32,000 bases of DNA. Source: Wolbachia endosymbiont of Cimex lectularius (GTDB taxonomy: Bacteria > Pseudomonadota > Alphaproteobacteria > Rickettsiales > Anaplasmataceae). Position 1 is the stretch's first letter; the number at the start of each line of letters is the position of its first letter. This document shows, one piece after another, positions 20,824 through 29,490 of the stretch. The notes beneath the pieces were generated by a model that did not search any database, was not told the DNA's origin, and worked only from the letters and a program-made list of their open reading frames with translations. A program made the position numbers and the translations under genes. The stretch is from assembly GCF_000829315.1 (NCBI RefSeq), contig NZ_AP013028.1, positions 720,001-752,000 of the forward strand. Direction: 5' to 3'.

Positions 20824-21618
20824 ATGTGTTATAATAAGCTTAAATTTATAAGAAAAACGAAGTTGGAAAAGTTGGAGGAATTAAGAGAAAACTGGATAGC
20901 AAGAATAGGAAGATTTTTATCTTCATTGTTCTTTTTACTGCTGATCGCGTTATCAATACGTAGTTTTTTATTTGAGCCATTTCATATTCCTTCTGGTTCG
21001 ATGAAAAGCACTTTGCTTGAAGGGGATTATATTTTTACTAGTAAATATTCATATGGTTACAGTAAGCACTCCTTTCCATTTTCTCCTAATATTTTCAGCG
21101 GCAGGATCTTTTATATCCCTCCAAAGCGTGGTGACATAATAGTTTTTAAACCTACGAAAAACGACAGCATCAGATTTGTTAAACGAGTAATAGGAGTACC
21201 AGGCGATAAAGTGCAAATGATAGAGGGAGAATTATACCTAAATGATCAGAAGGTAAAGCGAAGGCAAATTGAAAGTTTTTTTGATTATGAATCAAGTCGC
21301 AGTATACCAAGGTATATAGAAACACTCCCAGATGGAAGGAAACATGAGATTTTGATAGATAATGTTTCCAATAAGCTATCATATAATACTCCGGTTTACT
21401 ATGTACCTAACGATCAATTTTTTGTTATGGGAGACAATAGAAATAATTCTTTTGACAGTAGATTTCCTGAAATTGGTTTTGTATCAATGGAAAACATAAT
21501 TGGGCGTGTGGGCATAGTTGGTTTATCGTTTAAATTGGGGAAGATTGATTGGTTGCCATTTAATTTTAGAATACCTGTTGCTCTGAGATTTGACAGGATA
21601 TTGCACAAGGCTGTGTAA
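20824..21618 (+). CDS. lepB: Signal peptidase I
   Basis: 264 aa; PFHIPSGSMKSTLLEGDYIF (catalytic Ser), GDIIVFKP, RFVKRVIGVPGD (catalytic Lys), FFVMGDNRNNSFDSR. Confidence 0.95.
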   Translation: MCYNKLKFIRKTKLEKLEELRENWIARIGRFLSSLFFLLLIALSIRSFLFEPFHIPSGSMKSTLLEGDYIFTSKYSYGYSKHSFPFSPNIFSGRIFYIPPKRGDIIVFKPTKNDSIRFVKRVIGVPGDKVQMIEGELYLNDQKVKRRQIESFFDYESSRSIPRYIETLPDGRKHEILIDNVSNKLSYNTPVYYVPNDQFFVMGDNRNNSFDSRFPEIGFVSMENIIGRVGIVGLSFKLGKIDWLPFNFRIPVALRFDRILHKAV

Positions 21619-21621
21619 ACT

Positions 21622-23583
21622 CTACCTATTTGTCAATTCACACAATTCTAAGGAAGAGTTTTCTAACTTGGCGATAGCATTATTGATTTCACTCAAATCA
21701 TTTCCTTGTAAAGCTTTTTTTGCGTTTTGCAGTAGATTTTTTAACCTTTGATCAGAGGAAAGACTATTATCGTTTTCAATCAAATGTATGAGTTTGTTGC
21801 CATTAATTTTAGCTTCTGCAAGGGAACGGGCCTTCATATCTTCATCAAAGTTGTTTATTGACTGGTTAACCATATCTTGAACATCGGCTTCACTTAAGCC
21901 AAAACTTGAATTTATTTCAACTACTTGCTCAATCCCAGTGGTTTTTTCTCGTGCAGTAACAGTCAATATTCCGTCAACATTAACTGTGAACTCTATCTCA
22001 ACTCTTGCAGAACCTGCAGGCAGTGGTGGTATACCTTTGAGTTCAAACTGCGCTAGAGATTTGTTATCTTCTATCATTTCACGTTCTCCCTGACAAACGT
22101 GAATTTTCATTGCCGTTTGCCCATCGACATAAGTTGTAAACTCTTTTGTTTCTGAAACTGGCAATGGCGTATTTCTTGGTATGATTTTTTCAACTATTCC
22201 TCCCATAGTTTCTATGCCAAGTGATAAAGGTAAAACGTCCAAGAGAATGTTCCTATCTTTTGAGCTTGAAGTTAAATAATGAGCCTGCAAGGCTGCCCCA
22301 ATAACAACTGCTTTATCTGGATCTACATCATTCAGTACCTTATTTCCAAAGAGCTTGACTAGTGAGTCGTGAACTAATGGCACTCTAGTTGCACCACCAA
22401 CTAAAATTACTCCTTTTATGTCATCAATTTTAAGATCTATATCGTCTATAGTACGAGTAACTATATTGACAGTCTTATTAACCAAGGGACTTATTGCTTG
22501 CTCGAATTCTTCTTTGGTAATTTCGCATTTAAATAATACACCATTAGCAGCACAATCTGGTGTCATTCCAGCGCGTGACGCTGGAATCCACATATTTTTT
22601 CTTTCCTGGATCCCAGTGTCAGCTACTTGGATGACAGGAGAAAGTCTAATATTAAATTTAAAAGTACCTGATGTATTTTCACTTAGGTATTCTTTTACAG
22701 TACGTAATTCAATAAGTGATGGCCCTGCCATACAAGTAGCTGACGCTGGAATCCAGTTCTTATTATATAACTTTCTGGTATGTTCATTTGCAATCAAGTT
22801 TTCTGGATCCCAGTGTCTGGGCACTGGGATGACACTTTCGGTTGAACCCACCTGTTCTCTATACTTATCGAGCACGATTGAACTTAGCAGATGGTCAAAA
22901 TCATCACCACCAAGTTTGGTATCACCACCAACTGCAAGAACTTGAAACACTCCTTGGTGTAATTTCAATATTGAAATATCAAATGTTCCGCCACCGAGGT
23001 CATAAACTGCATATATTCCACTGTTGTTGTTCTTTTCAATCGAATAAGAAAGCGCGGCGGCGGTTGGCTCGTTAATAAGGCGCAGAACTTCTATACCAGC
23101 TAATTTCGCTGCATACTTAGTTGCATTACGTGCTGGATCGTCAAAGTAAGCTGGCACAGTAATCACTGCTTTTTTTACTTCTATTCCCGTAGACTTTTTT
23201 ACCCTCTCACATAGAGCTTTCAATATCTCAGCAGATATTTCAACAGGAGTAAGATATTTCTCCTCTGCGCATTTTACCCTAATAACTTTTTCACTTTCGT
23301 TATCTATTTCAAAATTAACGCCTTCTTTGTGCAAGTCTTCAACACTTTTACCCATTAGGCGTTTTATCGAGTAAATTGCATCTGGGCCAACATCGTAGCC
23401 GATTTTCAATATGTTATTTTCATATGAAAGAGTAGAAGACAGTAGCTCACGTCCTTGTTCATCTTTAAATATCTCCACGTCACCAGCTTTATTCACTATA
23501 GCAATTAAAGAATTGGTAGTGCCGAGGTCTATACCAAACACTGTTTCATTTGAATTTGGTTCAGAAATTTGTATTGGCTGCAT
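21622..23583 (-). CDS. hscA: Fe-S cluster assembly Hsp70 chaperone HscA, carrying in-frame repeat-derived insertions
   Basis: 653 aa; VFGIDLGTTNSLIAI, RLINEPTAAALSYSIEKNNNSGIYAVYDLGGGTFDISIL, GVILVGGATRVPLV; adjacent to hscB/iscA/iscU. Confidence 0.94.
   Translation of the reverse strand: MQPIQISEPNSNETVFGIDLGTTNSLIAIVNKAGDVEIFKDEQGRELLSSTLSYENNILKIGYDVGPDAIYSIKRLMGKSVEDLHKEGVNFEIDNESEKVIRVKCAEEKYLTPVEISAEILKALCERVKKSTGIEVKKAVITVPAYFDDPARNATKYAAKLAGIEVLRLINEPTAAALSYSIEKNNNSGIYAVYDLGGGTFDISILKLHQGVFQVLAVGGDTKLGGDDFDHLLSSIVLDKYREQVGSTESVIPVPRHWDPENLIANEHTRKLYNKNWIPASATCMAGPSLIELRTVKEYLSENTSGTFKFNIRLSPVIQVADTGIQERKNMWIPASRAGMTPDCAANGVLFKCEITKEEFEQAISPLVNKTVNIVTRTIDDIDLKIDDIKGVILVGGATRVPLVHDSLVKLFGNKVLNDVDPDKAVVIGAALQAHYLTSSSKDRNILLDVLPLSLGIETMGGIVEKIIPRNTPLPVSETKEFTTYVDGQTAMKIHVCQGEREMIEDNKSLAQFELKGIPPLPAGSARVEIEFTVNVDGILTVTAREKTTGIEQVVEINSSFGLSEADVQDMVNQSINNFDEDMKARSLAEAKINGNKLIHLIENDNSLSSDQRLKNLLQNAKKALQGNDLSEINNAIAKLENSSLELCELTNR
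22550..22646. repeat. Palindromic repeat inserted in hscA (insertion 2)
   Basis: Encodes PVIQVADTGIQERKNMWIPASRAGMTPDCAAN; contains ATTCCAGCG(22565-22573)/CGCTGGAAT(22579-22587) and a degenerate GGATCCCAGTGTC...ACTTGGATGACA. Confidence 0.85.
22720..22846. repeat. Palindromic repeat inserted in hscA (insertion 1)
   Basis: Encodes ESVIPVPRHWDPENLIANEHTRKLYNKNWIPASATCMAGP; contains ATCCCAGTG(22807-22815)/CACTGGGAT(22822-22830). Confidence 0.88.
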
Positions 23584-24019
23584 TTTTCTTCATTTCCTCA
23601 AATGACTTATATAAATATTTCAATCTCAAAACTTGCGTAGTAGCTTCATCAAAATTCTTTGTAGCGAAAGCATTAATTAGGCTTTTAGTGCAATCTTTTA
23701 CCTTTTCATCAATCATCCTACCTGCAAATTGTAGATCATCACAGTCTAGCAAATACTCTCTTATTTCCATTGATTCATTCAATATTTCAGAATTTAGATG
23801 ATCCTTTTGGCTTTTCACCCCAAAAAGATCCAGCAAATGCTCGGCACGTTTTAGTGGTGACTTGAGCACTTGATAAGCTTTGTTTATATTTTCCATGTTT
23901 TTGGACTCTCCTTCATTTATGTCAGCTCTGCTGAGCTCAATGTATTTTTTCTCTAGCTCATCAAAGCTGATGTTGAAAGCTGGTTCGATTTCAAACAATG
24001 TAAAATAGTTGCTAGACAT
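23561..24019 (-). CDS. hscB: Fe-S cluster co-chaperone HscB (J-domain)
   Basis: MSSNYFTLFEIEPAFNISFDELEKKYIELS...MENINKAYQVLKSPLKRAEHLLDLFG. Start placed at Met34 of the track ORF; overlaps iscA by 8 nt and hscA by 23 nt. Confidence 0.86.
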   Translation of the reverse strand: MSSNYFTLFEIEPAFNISFDELEKKYIELSRADINEGESKNMENINKAYQVLKSPLKRAEHLLDLFGVKSQKDHLNSEILNESMEIREYLLDCDDLQFAGRMIDEKVKDCTKSLINAFATKNFDEATTQVLRLKYLYKSFEEMKKNAANTNF

Positions 24020-24416
24020 GAAAACTCTCTCCACAACCACATTTTCCTTTCTCGTTAGGGTTTTTGAAAACAAAACCAGATGAGAGTTTTTCCTCCACGT
24101 AATCCATTTCAGAGCCAAGGATAAACATGACAGATTTTGGATCGATCAATATCTTGACTTTTTGGCCATCACTGCAGCTTTCTTCAATTACTGACTCTAA
24201 AGGACGAATATCGTAGGCGTATTCAATATCGTATTTCAAACCAGAACATCCCTTTTGTTTAATTAGAACTCTTATTCCTATTGCTTCTTCTGATTTCTCA
24301 AGGTTAGTATGCTGTTTTCGATCCAATAAATGTCTTATCCTTTCCACTGCATTTGCAGTGATAGTGATAAGTTTTTTATCTTTCTTCGCAGCATTTACTC
24401 CTTGATATTTACTCAT
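24012..24416 (-). CDS. iscA: Iron-sulfur cluster assembly protein IscA (HesB/A-type carrier)
   Basis: ITITANAVERIRHLL, GIRVLIKQKGCSGLKYDIEY, FVFKNPNEKGKCGCGESFHV (Cys and CxC motifs). Confidence 0.93.
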   Translation of the reverse strand: MSKYQGVNAAKKDKKLITITANAVERIRHLLDRKQHTNLEKSEEAIGIRVLIKQKGCSGLKYDIEYAYDIRPLESVIEESCSDGQKVKILIDPKSVMFILGSEMDYVEEKLSSGFVFKNPNEKGKCGCGESFHV

Positions 24417-24418
24417 AG

Positions 24419-24799
24419 CTATTTTTGTTTATTTTGGTAATCATGAATAGCAGCTTTTATAGCGTCTTCGGCAAGCACTGAGCAGTGTATCTTTACTGGA
24501 GGCAAAGACAACTCCTCCACTATTTGCGTGTTTTTTATCTTCGTTACATCCTCAATAGTTTTTCCTTTGATCATCTCTGTGAGCAAAGAGCTCGAAGCGA
24601 TAGCAGAACCACAACCGAATGTTTTAAATTTTGCATCTTCAATAACGCCTTTGTCATTGACCTTTATTTGCAATTTCATAACATCGCCGCATGATGGCGC
24701 ACCCACCAAGCCAGTGCCAACATTTGGATCATTTTTATCCAGAGAACCAACATTCCTTGGATTTTCGTAATGATCTAAAATTTTCTCATTATAACTCAT
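24419..24799 (-). CDS. iscU: Fe-S cluster scaffold protein IscU
   Basis: 126 aa; MSYNEKILDHYENPRNVGSLD, GLVGAPSCGDVMKLQIKV, FKTFGCGSAIASSS, LPPVKIHCSVLAEDAIKAAI (LPPVK motif for HscA). Confidence 0.97.
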   Translation of the reverse strand: MSYNEKILDHYENPRNVGSLDKNDPNVGTGLVGAPSCGDVMKLQIKVNDKGVIEDAKFKTFGCGSAIASSSLLTEMIKGKTIEDVTKIKNTQIVEELSLPPVKIHCSVLAEDAIKAAIHDYQNKQK

Positions 24800-24985
24800 A
24801 GAATTACCCGTAAACCATTACTTACATTATAACATATTTAGATTGAAAATTAAAGTGAAATGCACTCAAAAAGGGTAATTTTTGTAAAGTAAAATATGTG
24901 GTTTGCTAGTGCATTTTTCTTTACAAATACTCGTAGTGCGTGTCATTCTCTATATTAAGTTTGTAATTTTAAAAGGAGTATTTGC

Positions 24986-25897
24986 TTGAATTTGTTTAGT
25001 AACCTTTATAAAGGCCTGTTGAAAACTTCTTCGCGCTTTAGCGATGGAGTAAAGAGTATTTTTTCTGGCAAAAAAAAATTAGACCAGTCGCTTCTAGATG
25101 AGCTGGAAGAGCTGCTAATTAGCATGGATATCGGTCATAAAACTTCTAAGTTGATTATTGACAGGCTCACAAGCATCAAGTTTGACAAGGAACTTGAGCA
25201 TAACATCATCACACAGCAGTTAATGAACGAGATAGAAGCTATACTAAACCCTGCTGTGCAACCGCTAATTTTAAACAAAAAGCCACATATAATAATGGTA
25301 TGCGGAGTAAATGGTAATGGTAAAACCACAACTATAGGTAAGCTCGCGTATAAATATAAGGAAATGGGAAAATCTGTTATGCTTGTTGCGTGCGACACAT
25401 TTAGAGCTGCTGCTAGTGAACAGTTAAATATCTGGGCAGAACGTTCTGGTTGCTCCATTGTTACTGGAGAGTACGGTAGCGACTCTGCAAGTGTGGCATA
25501 TAGAGCTGTAAGTCAAGCTATAAAAGACAACGTTGATGTTGTTCTGATTGATACAGCAGGCAGGCTACAAAATAACGTGAATCTTATGGAGGAGTTATCA
25601 AAAATATATAGAACGATAAAGAAATTGGATGATACTGCTCCTCATGATGTTATTTTAGTTCTTGATGCAACCACCGGCCAAAATGCTTATAGCCAACTAG
25701 AGGCATTTAGCAAGATGGTGAGTGTTACTGGGCTAATCGTAACCAAGTTAGATGGCACTGCTAAGGGCGGAGTAGTGATTGGACTTGCGGAAGCTTATAA
25801 GGTGAAGTTACATGCTATAGGAATTGGCGAGGGTATAGAGGATCTTAGGGAGTTTACTAGTAAAGAATTTGCTGAAGCACTATTTAACTGTGATTGA
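24986..25897 (+). CDS. ftsY: Signal recognition particle receptor FtsY
   Basis: 303 aa; MVCGVNGNGKTTTIGKLAYKYKEMGKSVMLVACDTFRAAASEQL, VVLIDTAGRLQNNVNLMEEL, TKLDGTAKGGVVIGLA. TTG start. Confidence 0.94.
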   Translation: MNLFSNLYKGLLKTSSRFSDGVKSIFSGKKKLDQSLLDELEELLISMDIGHKTSKLIIDRLTSIKFDKELEHNIITQQLMNEIEAILNPAVQPLILNKKPHIIMVCGVNGNGKTTTIGKLAYKYKEMGKSVMLVACDTFRAAASEQLNIWAERSGCSIVTGEYGSDSASVAYRAVSQAIKDNVDVVLIDTAGRLQNNVNLMEELSKIYRTIKKLDDTAPHDVILVLDATTGQNAYSQLEAFSKMVSVTGLIVTKLDGTAKGGVVIGLAEAYKVKLHAIGIGEGIEDLREFTSKEFAEALFNCD

Positions 25898-27233
25898 AGA
25901 TTTCTCTTAGCTCCTTTATGTGACCAAGCTTAATTATTTTGATATCGTGGGAAGAGTAATTGCCATTTTTAGGCATAATCGCTTTTTTGAACCCCAGTTT
26001 TTGCGCTTCTTTGAGCCTTAGGTCAGCATGTGAGATGTTTCTAATCTCGCCTGAAAGTGCAACTTCGCCACAAATTATTGAAGAAGTTGGTAGCGGTAAA
26101 TTTACTATGCTTGAAAAAAGGGAAGCAGCAACAGCAAGATCAGCCGATGGCTCTTGTATTTTCAGTCCTCCCGCAATGTTCAAATACACTTCTTTTTTCT
26201 GTAAAGACATCTCACAACGAGCATTTAATACTGCAATGATCATGGCTGATCGATTAATGTCCCATCCAACCACTGCTCTTCTTGGATTTTCTATGTTCGT
26301 TCCCGCTATCAATGCTTGAACTTCCATCAAAATCGGTCTTGAACCCTCAATTCCTGCAAATACAGCGCTGCCAACAACTTTTCTATCATCATTATTTCCT
26401 GCTAGAAATAATGATGATGGATTATCGATAGGTACAAGTCCTGCTTCAGACATCTCAAAAATACCAATTTCATTTGCAGGGCCGAATCTATTTTTAATAG
26501 CACGCAAAATGCGATATTGATTGCTATTTTCACCTTCAAAATATAGCACTGTGTCCACCATATGTTCTAAAGTTTTAGGTCCAGCTATTTGCCCATCCTT
26601 AGTTATATGACCAACTACTAAGAGGGAAACACCATGTTGTTTTGCAAGAATGGTTAATTCATGGGCGCAAGTGCGAACCTGATTTACAGTTTCTGGAGCT
26701 GATGTAATTTTGCTATCATACATCGTTTGTATGGAGTCAATAATTAAGAATTTTATATTTCTATTTTCTCTTATCGTTGTCACTACATCAGCTAAAGATA
26801 CTGTAAATAAAAGCTTAATTTTAGGCTCATTTATCTTAAGGCGTTTTGCTCTGAGGCTCACTTGTTCCAAAGATTCTTCGCCGGACACATAAAGACACTC
26901 GAGAGAGGAAAGTTGTGCAACGCTAGCTGCAATTCTAAGCAAAAGGGTAGATTTTCCAATTCCAGGTTCGCCACCAATTAAAATGCTTGCACCTTTAACA
27001 ATACCATCTCCAAAAACTCTATTTAATTCCTCTATTCCTGTTAAAAGACGATCCGGGGTAGTGATTTCACTACCTGATAACGCCTTTATTGAAATTGGCG
27101 CAGATGTACTTTTTGTTTCTGTTCTTACGACTATTTCTTCAACAACTGTATCCCAATTATCACACGCAATGCACCTTCCTACCCACCTGCCAGTGCTATG
27201 ACCGCAGGATTGACATATATATACAGTTTTCAT
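25884..27233 (-). CDS. radA: DNA repair protein RadA/Sms
   Basis: KTVYICQSCGHSTGRWVGRCIACDNWDT (C4 zinc finger), LIGGEPGIGKSTLLLRIA, GLSVYEMSEAGL-like region, KGNYSS Lon-like C-terminal domain. Start placed at Met9 of the track ORF. Confidence 0.94.
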   Translation of the reverse strand: MKTVYICQSCGHSTGRWVGRCIACDNWDTVVEEIVVRTETKSTSAPISIKALSGSEITTPDRLLTGIEELNRVFGDGIVKGASILIGGEPGIGKSTLLLRIAASVAQLSSLECLYVSGEESLEQVSLRAKRLKINEPKIKLLFTVSLADVVTTIRENRNIKFLIIDSIQTMYDSKITSAPETVNQVRTCAHELTILAKQHGVSLLVVGHITKDGQIAGPKTLEHMVDTVLYFEGENSNQYRILRAIKNRFGPANEIGIFEMSEAGLVPIDNPSSLFLAGNNDDRKVVGSAVFAGIEGSRPILMEVQALIAGTNIENPRRAVVGWDINRSAMIIAVLNARCEMSLQKKEVYLNIAGGLKIQEPSADLAVAASLFSSIVNLPLPTSSIICGEVALSGEIRNISHADLRLKEAQKLGFKKAIMPKNGNYSSHDIKIIKLGHIKELREIFNHS

Positions 27234-27362
27234 AAAAGCTAAAGTTGTTTTTCGCAATTGTAATAAAGATTAGTTAAATATATGATAAACATTAAGCCCT
27301 AGATGTATAGTTCCAGGGTGTAATAACGCAACATAGAGAGATTGTCATTGAAGGAGGAGTTA

Positions 27363-27490
27363 AATCTCTTACATAACCTGCTTTCTGATTTTGCGTCAAA
27401 ATTTGCTTACACTTTTCCCAAGTATTCTGCAGTGCTCATCTGCGTTTCTCCTAAAAATTCCTCACCATAAACTGGTTGTGCAAGAGATCC
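27363..27490. repeat. Dispersed intergenic repeat (shared with 7189-7232 and 31763-31809)
   Basis: CTTACATAACCTGCTTTCTGATTTTGCGTCAAAATTTGCTTAC is the reverse complement of the 7189-7232 motif with few changes; GTGCTCATCTGCGTTTCTCCTAAA matches 31767-31790 with one difference. Confidence 0.75.
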
Positions 27491-27565
27491 ATTATAGCGC
27501 AATTATGGGTACTTTGCGCATGCATGGATTTTAACATAATCTAATGAGCAGTTAGTTGAGATTGC

Positions 27566-28543
27566 TCAAGGGACTTTAATGATATTCAATCCACTTACTT
27601 TTCTATCTTCCATATTGCGATGAGCCTCTATTATTTCATCGAATTTATACTTTCTGTTAATCCTCACAGTTAAAAGTTTTTTCCTTATCATCTCAAAGGT
27701 TTCCATTGCAGTAAGCACTAGTGTGAATCTGTCGTGCTTATAATGATATATCGAGGTTCCTGTAGCAAATAGCGAACGTGAGCTAAGTAAAGAAAAGCTA
27801 ACCAGAGCGCTGCCTGATATCTGTCCATAGGAAACATATATGCCGAACTTGCCTAAAGATTCGAAAGAAAGCTTGCTTGTAGCATAGCCTATTGGGTCAT
27901 ATACTGCACCTACTCCTTTATTTTGTGTGATCTCCATAATTTTAGAAACAAAGTCTTTATCATTGTAATTTACTGCGTATGTGCAGCCATTCTGCAAAGC
28001 TATCTTCATTTTTTCGTCAGAACTTACAGAACCTATAACTACCCCTTTTTTATCCTTTGCCCATTGGCATATTATCTGTCCTAAACCACCACTGGCCCCA
28101 TGCACGAGCACAACAGCGCCAGGCTTTATTTTGTAAGACTGGTTAACCAGATAGTGAGCTGCCATGCCTTTAAATAGCACTGCTGCTGCAATTTCATCCG
28201 GTATTTCGTCTGGAATCTTTATCAGATATTTTTGGTGTATGGTACGTTTTTCACAATATGCTCCAGGTGGTGCTGTGCAATATCCAACTCTATCTCCAAT
28301 CTCTAAGCCATCGCTTACTTTTTTGCCAAGCTTTTCAACAACCCCAACTGCTTCTACTCCAAGCACTGATGGCAGGTTTTTAATTTTGCGAATGCCTTTT
28401 CTATGTTCCAAGTCATAACGATTTAAACCGATAGCTGTGTGACGCACCAAAACTTCCTCGCTTCTTGGCTCACTTGTGCTTTTATCTACAAATTCTAATA
28501 CTTCCGGTCCTCCAGTTCTTTTTATTTGTACGGCTTTAACCAT
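27566..28543 (-). CDS. Quinone oxidoreductase (NADPH) / zeta-crystallin-like MDR protein
   Basis: VKAVQIKRTGGPEVLEFVDKS, GVLGVEAVGVVEKLGKKV, HGASGGLGQIICQWAKDKKGVVIGSVSSDEKM. Confidence 0.9.
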   Translation of the reverse strand: MVKAVQIKRTGGPEVLEFVDKSTSEPRSEEVLVRHTAIGLNRYDLEHRKGIRKIKNLPSVLGVEAVGVVEKLGKKVSDGLEIGDRVGYCTAPPGAYCEKRTIHQKYLIKIPDEIPDEIAAAVLFKGMAAHYLVNQSYKIKPGAVVLVHGASGGLGQIICQWAKDKKGVVIGSVSSDEKMKIALQNGCTYAVNYNDKDFVSKIMEITQNKGVGAVYDPIGYATSKLSFESLGKFGIYVSYGQISGSALVSFSLLSSRSLFATGTSIYHYKHDRFTLVLTAMETFEMIRKKLLTVRINRKYKFDEIIEAHRNMEDRKVSGLNIIKVP

Positions 28544-28638
28544 GATGGACATAAGATAAAAACTTTGGCTATATTACCTGATAATCAGTATCCTGTAAAA
28601 TTATTTAGAAATCTGTAAGGTATGTGTTGATAAAAGAA

Positions 28639-28712
28639 TCGGGGCGGAGAGATTTGAACTCCCGACCCTTTGGTCCCAAACCAAATGCGCTACCAGACTG
28701 CGCCACGCCCCG
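28639..28712 (-). tRNA. tRNA-Pro (anticodon TGG)
   Basis: CGGGGCG...CGCCCCG acceptor stem, anticodon loop TTTGGGA in stem TTTGG/CCAAA, T-loop GGGAG-TTCAAAT-CTCTC, discriminator A; no encoded CCA. Confidence 0.97.
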
Positions 28713-28805
28713 ACTTTTTTATTCAGAATAGCAATAACTAAGATAAAATGCAAGGTTCATTTATTCACCAAAAAGCATTTGCTTTTGTCCATCATAATAC
28801 CTGCG

Positions 28806-29103
28806 CGGTAGCTAGCTGAATTCAGATTTTTTAGCAATAGAAACAAAAAAACTACTTGACAAGTTCCTCCAAACCCATTATTATAAGGTTGAAGCTATTA
28901 TTTATCTTCAGTCTGTGCAGATTAAACGACAAAAAAACTTAGTATATCTGGCGTACCATGTTTAATTTTTTGCACTATGTGCACCGTATGTCTTTTTAAA
29001 ACTTCTGGTTTTTTACCTATACAAGCTGAAACGCGTTTATAAGTCGTTTAAAACATAAAAAAACGCCAATATTATAGGATAGATAGTAAATAACTAGCTA
29101 CCG
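28806..29103 (+). repeat. Promoter-bearing intergenic repeat, copy E (longest form, with inverted ends)
   Basis: CGGTAGCTAG(28806-28815) and CTAGCTACCG(29094-29103) are exact inverted repeats; TTGACA(28856-28861)-17 bp-TATTAT(28879-28884). Confidence 0.88.
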
Positions 29104-29264
29104 GAGTTTCTTTTGCTGTTTTTTCTCTATTCGGTAAATTTCTTAAATTTTATAGTTAAACTGGATCCCAGATGTTGACAAAAGCCTAGGTTAATCGTAT
29201 AATTAATATGGTAACACCACTAAAAAGTATAATAAAACAGGTGTATGAAGTACGTGGGGGGTTT

Positions 29265-29471
29265 ATGCTTATTGGTCATTATGAAGCAGGGATAGAGAGA
29301 AACGCTACTCAGAACGAGATAAAAAAAGCATATCATAAATTAGCAATGGAATATCATCCAGGTAAAAATTCTGATGGCGCAGAGGAATTAAAAAATATAA
29401 AAGGATCATATAGGTGCTATTTAATTGATACTTACTCGCCGTGTTATTCTTTTTCAATACAAATATTATGA
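29265..29471 (+). pseudogene. J-domain (DnaJ-like) fragment, degenerate
   Basis: [42 protein letters not shown] resembles a J-domain, but HPD reads HPG and the helix IV region is frameshifted. Confidence 0.65.
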
Positions 29472-29490
29472 ACAGTTAAAAGGAGGTCAT

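Noticed and set aside
22418-22945. 175-aa plus-strand ORF with MFFLSWIPVSATWMTGESLIL
   Set aside because: Antisense to hscA; the open frame comes from the palindromic repeats, which read open on both strands.
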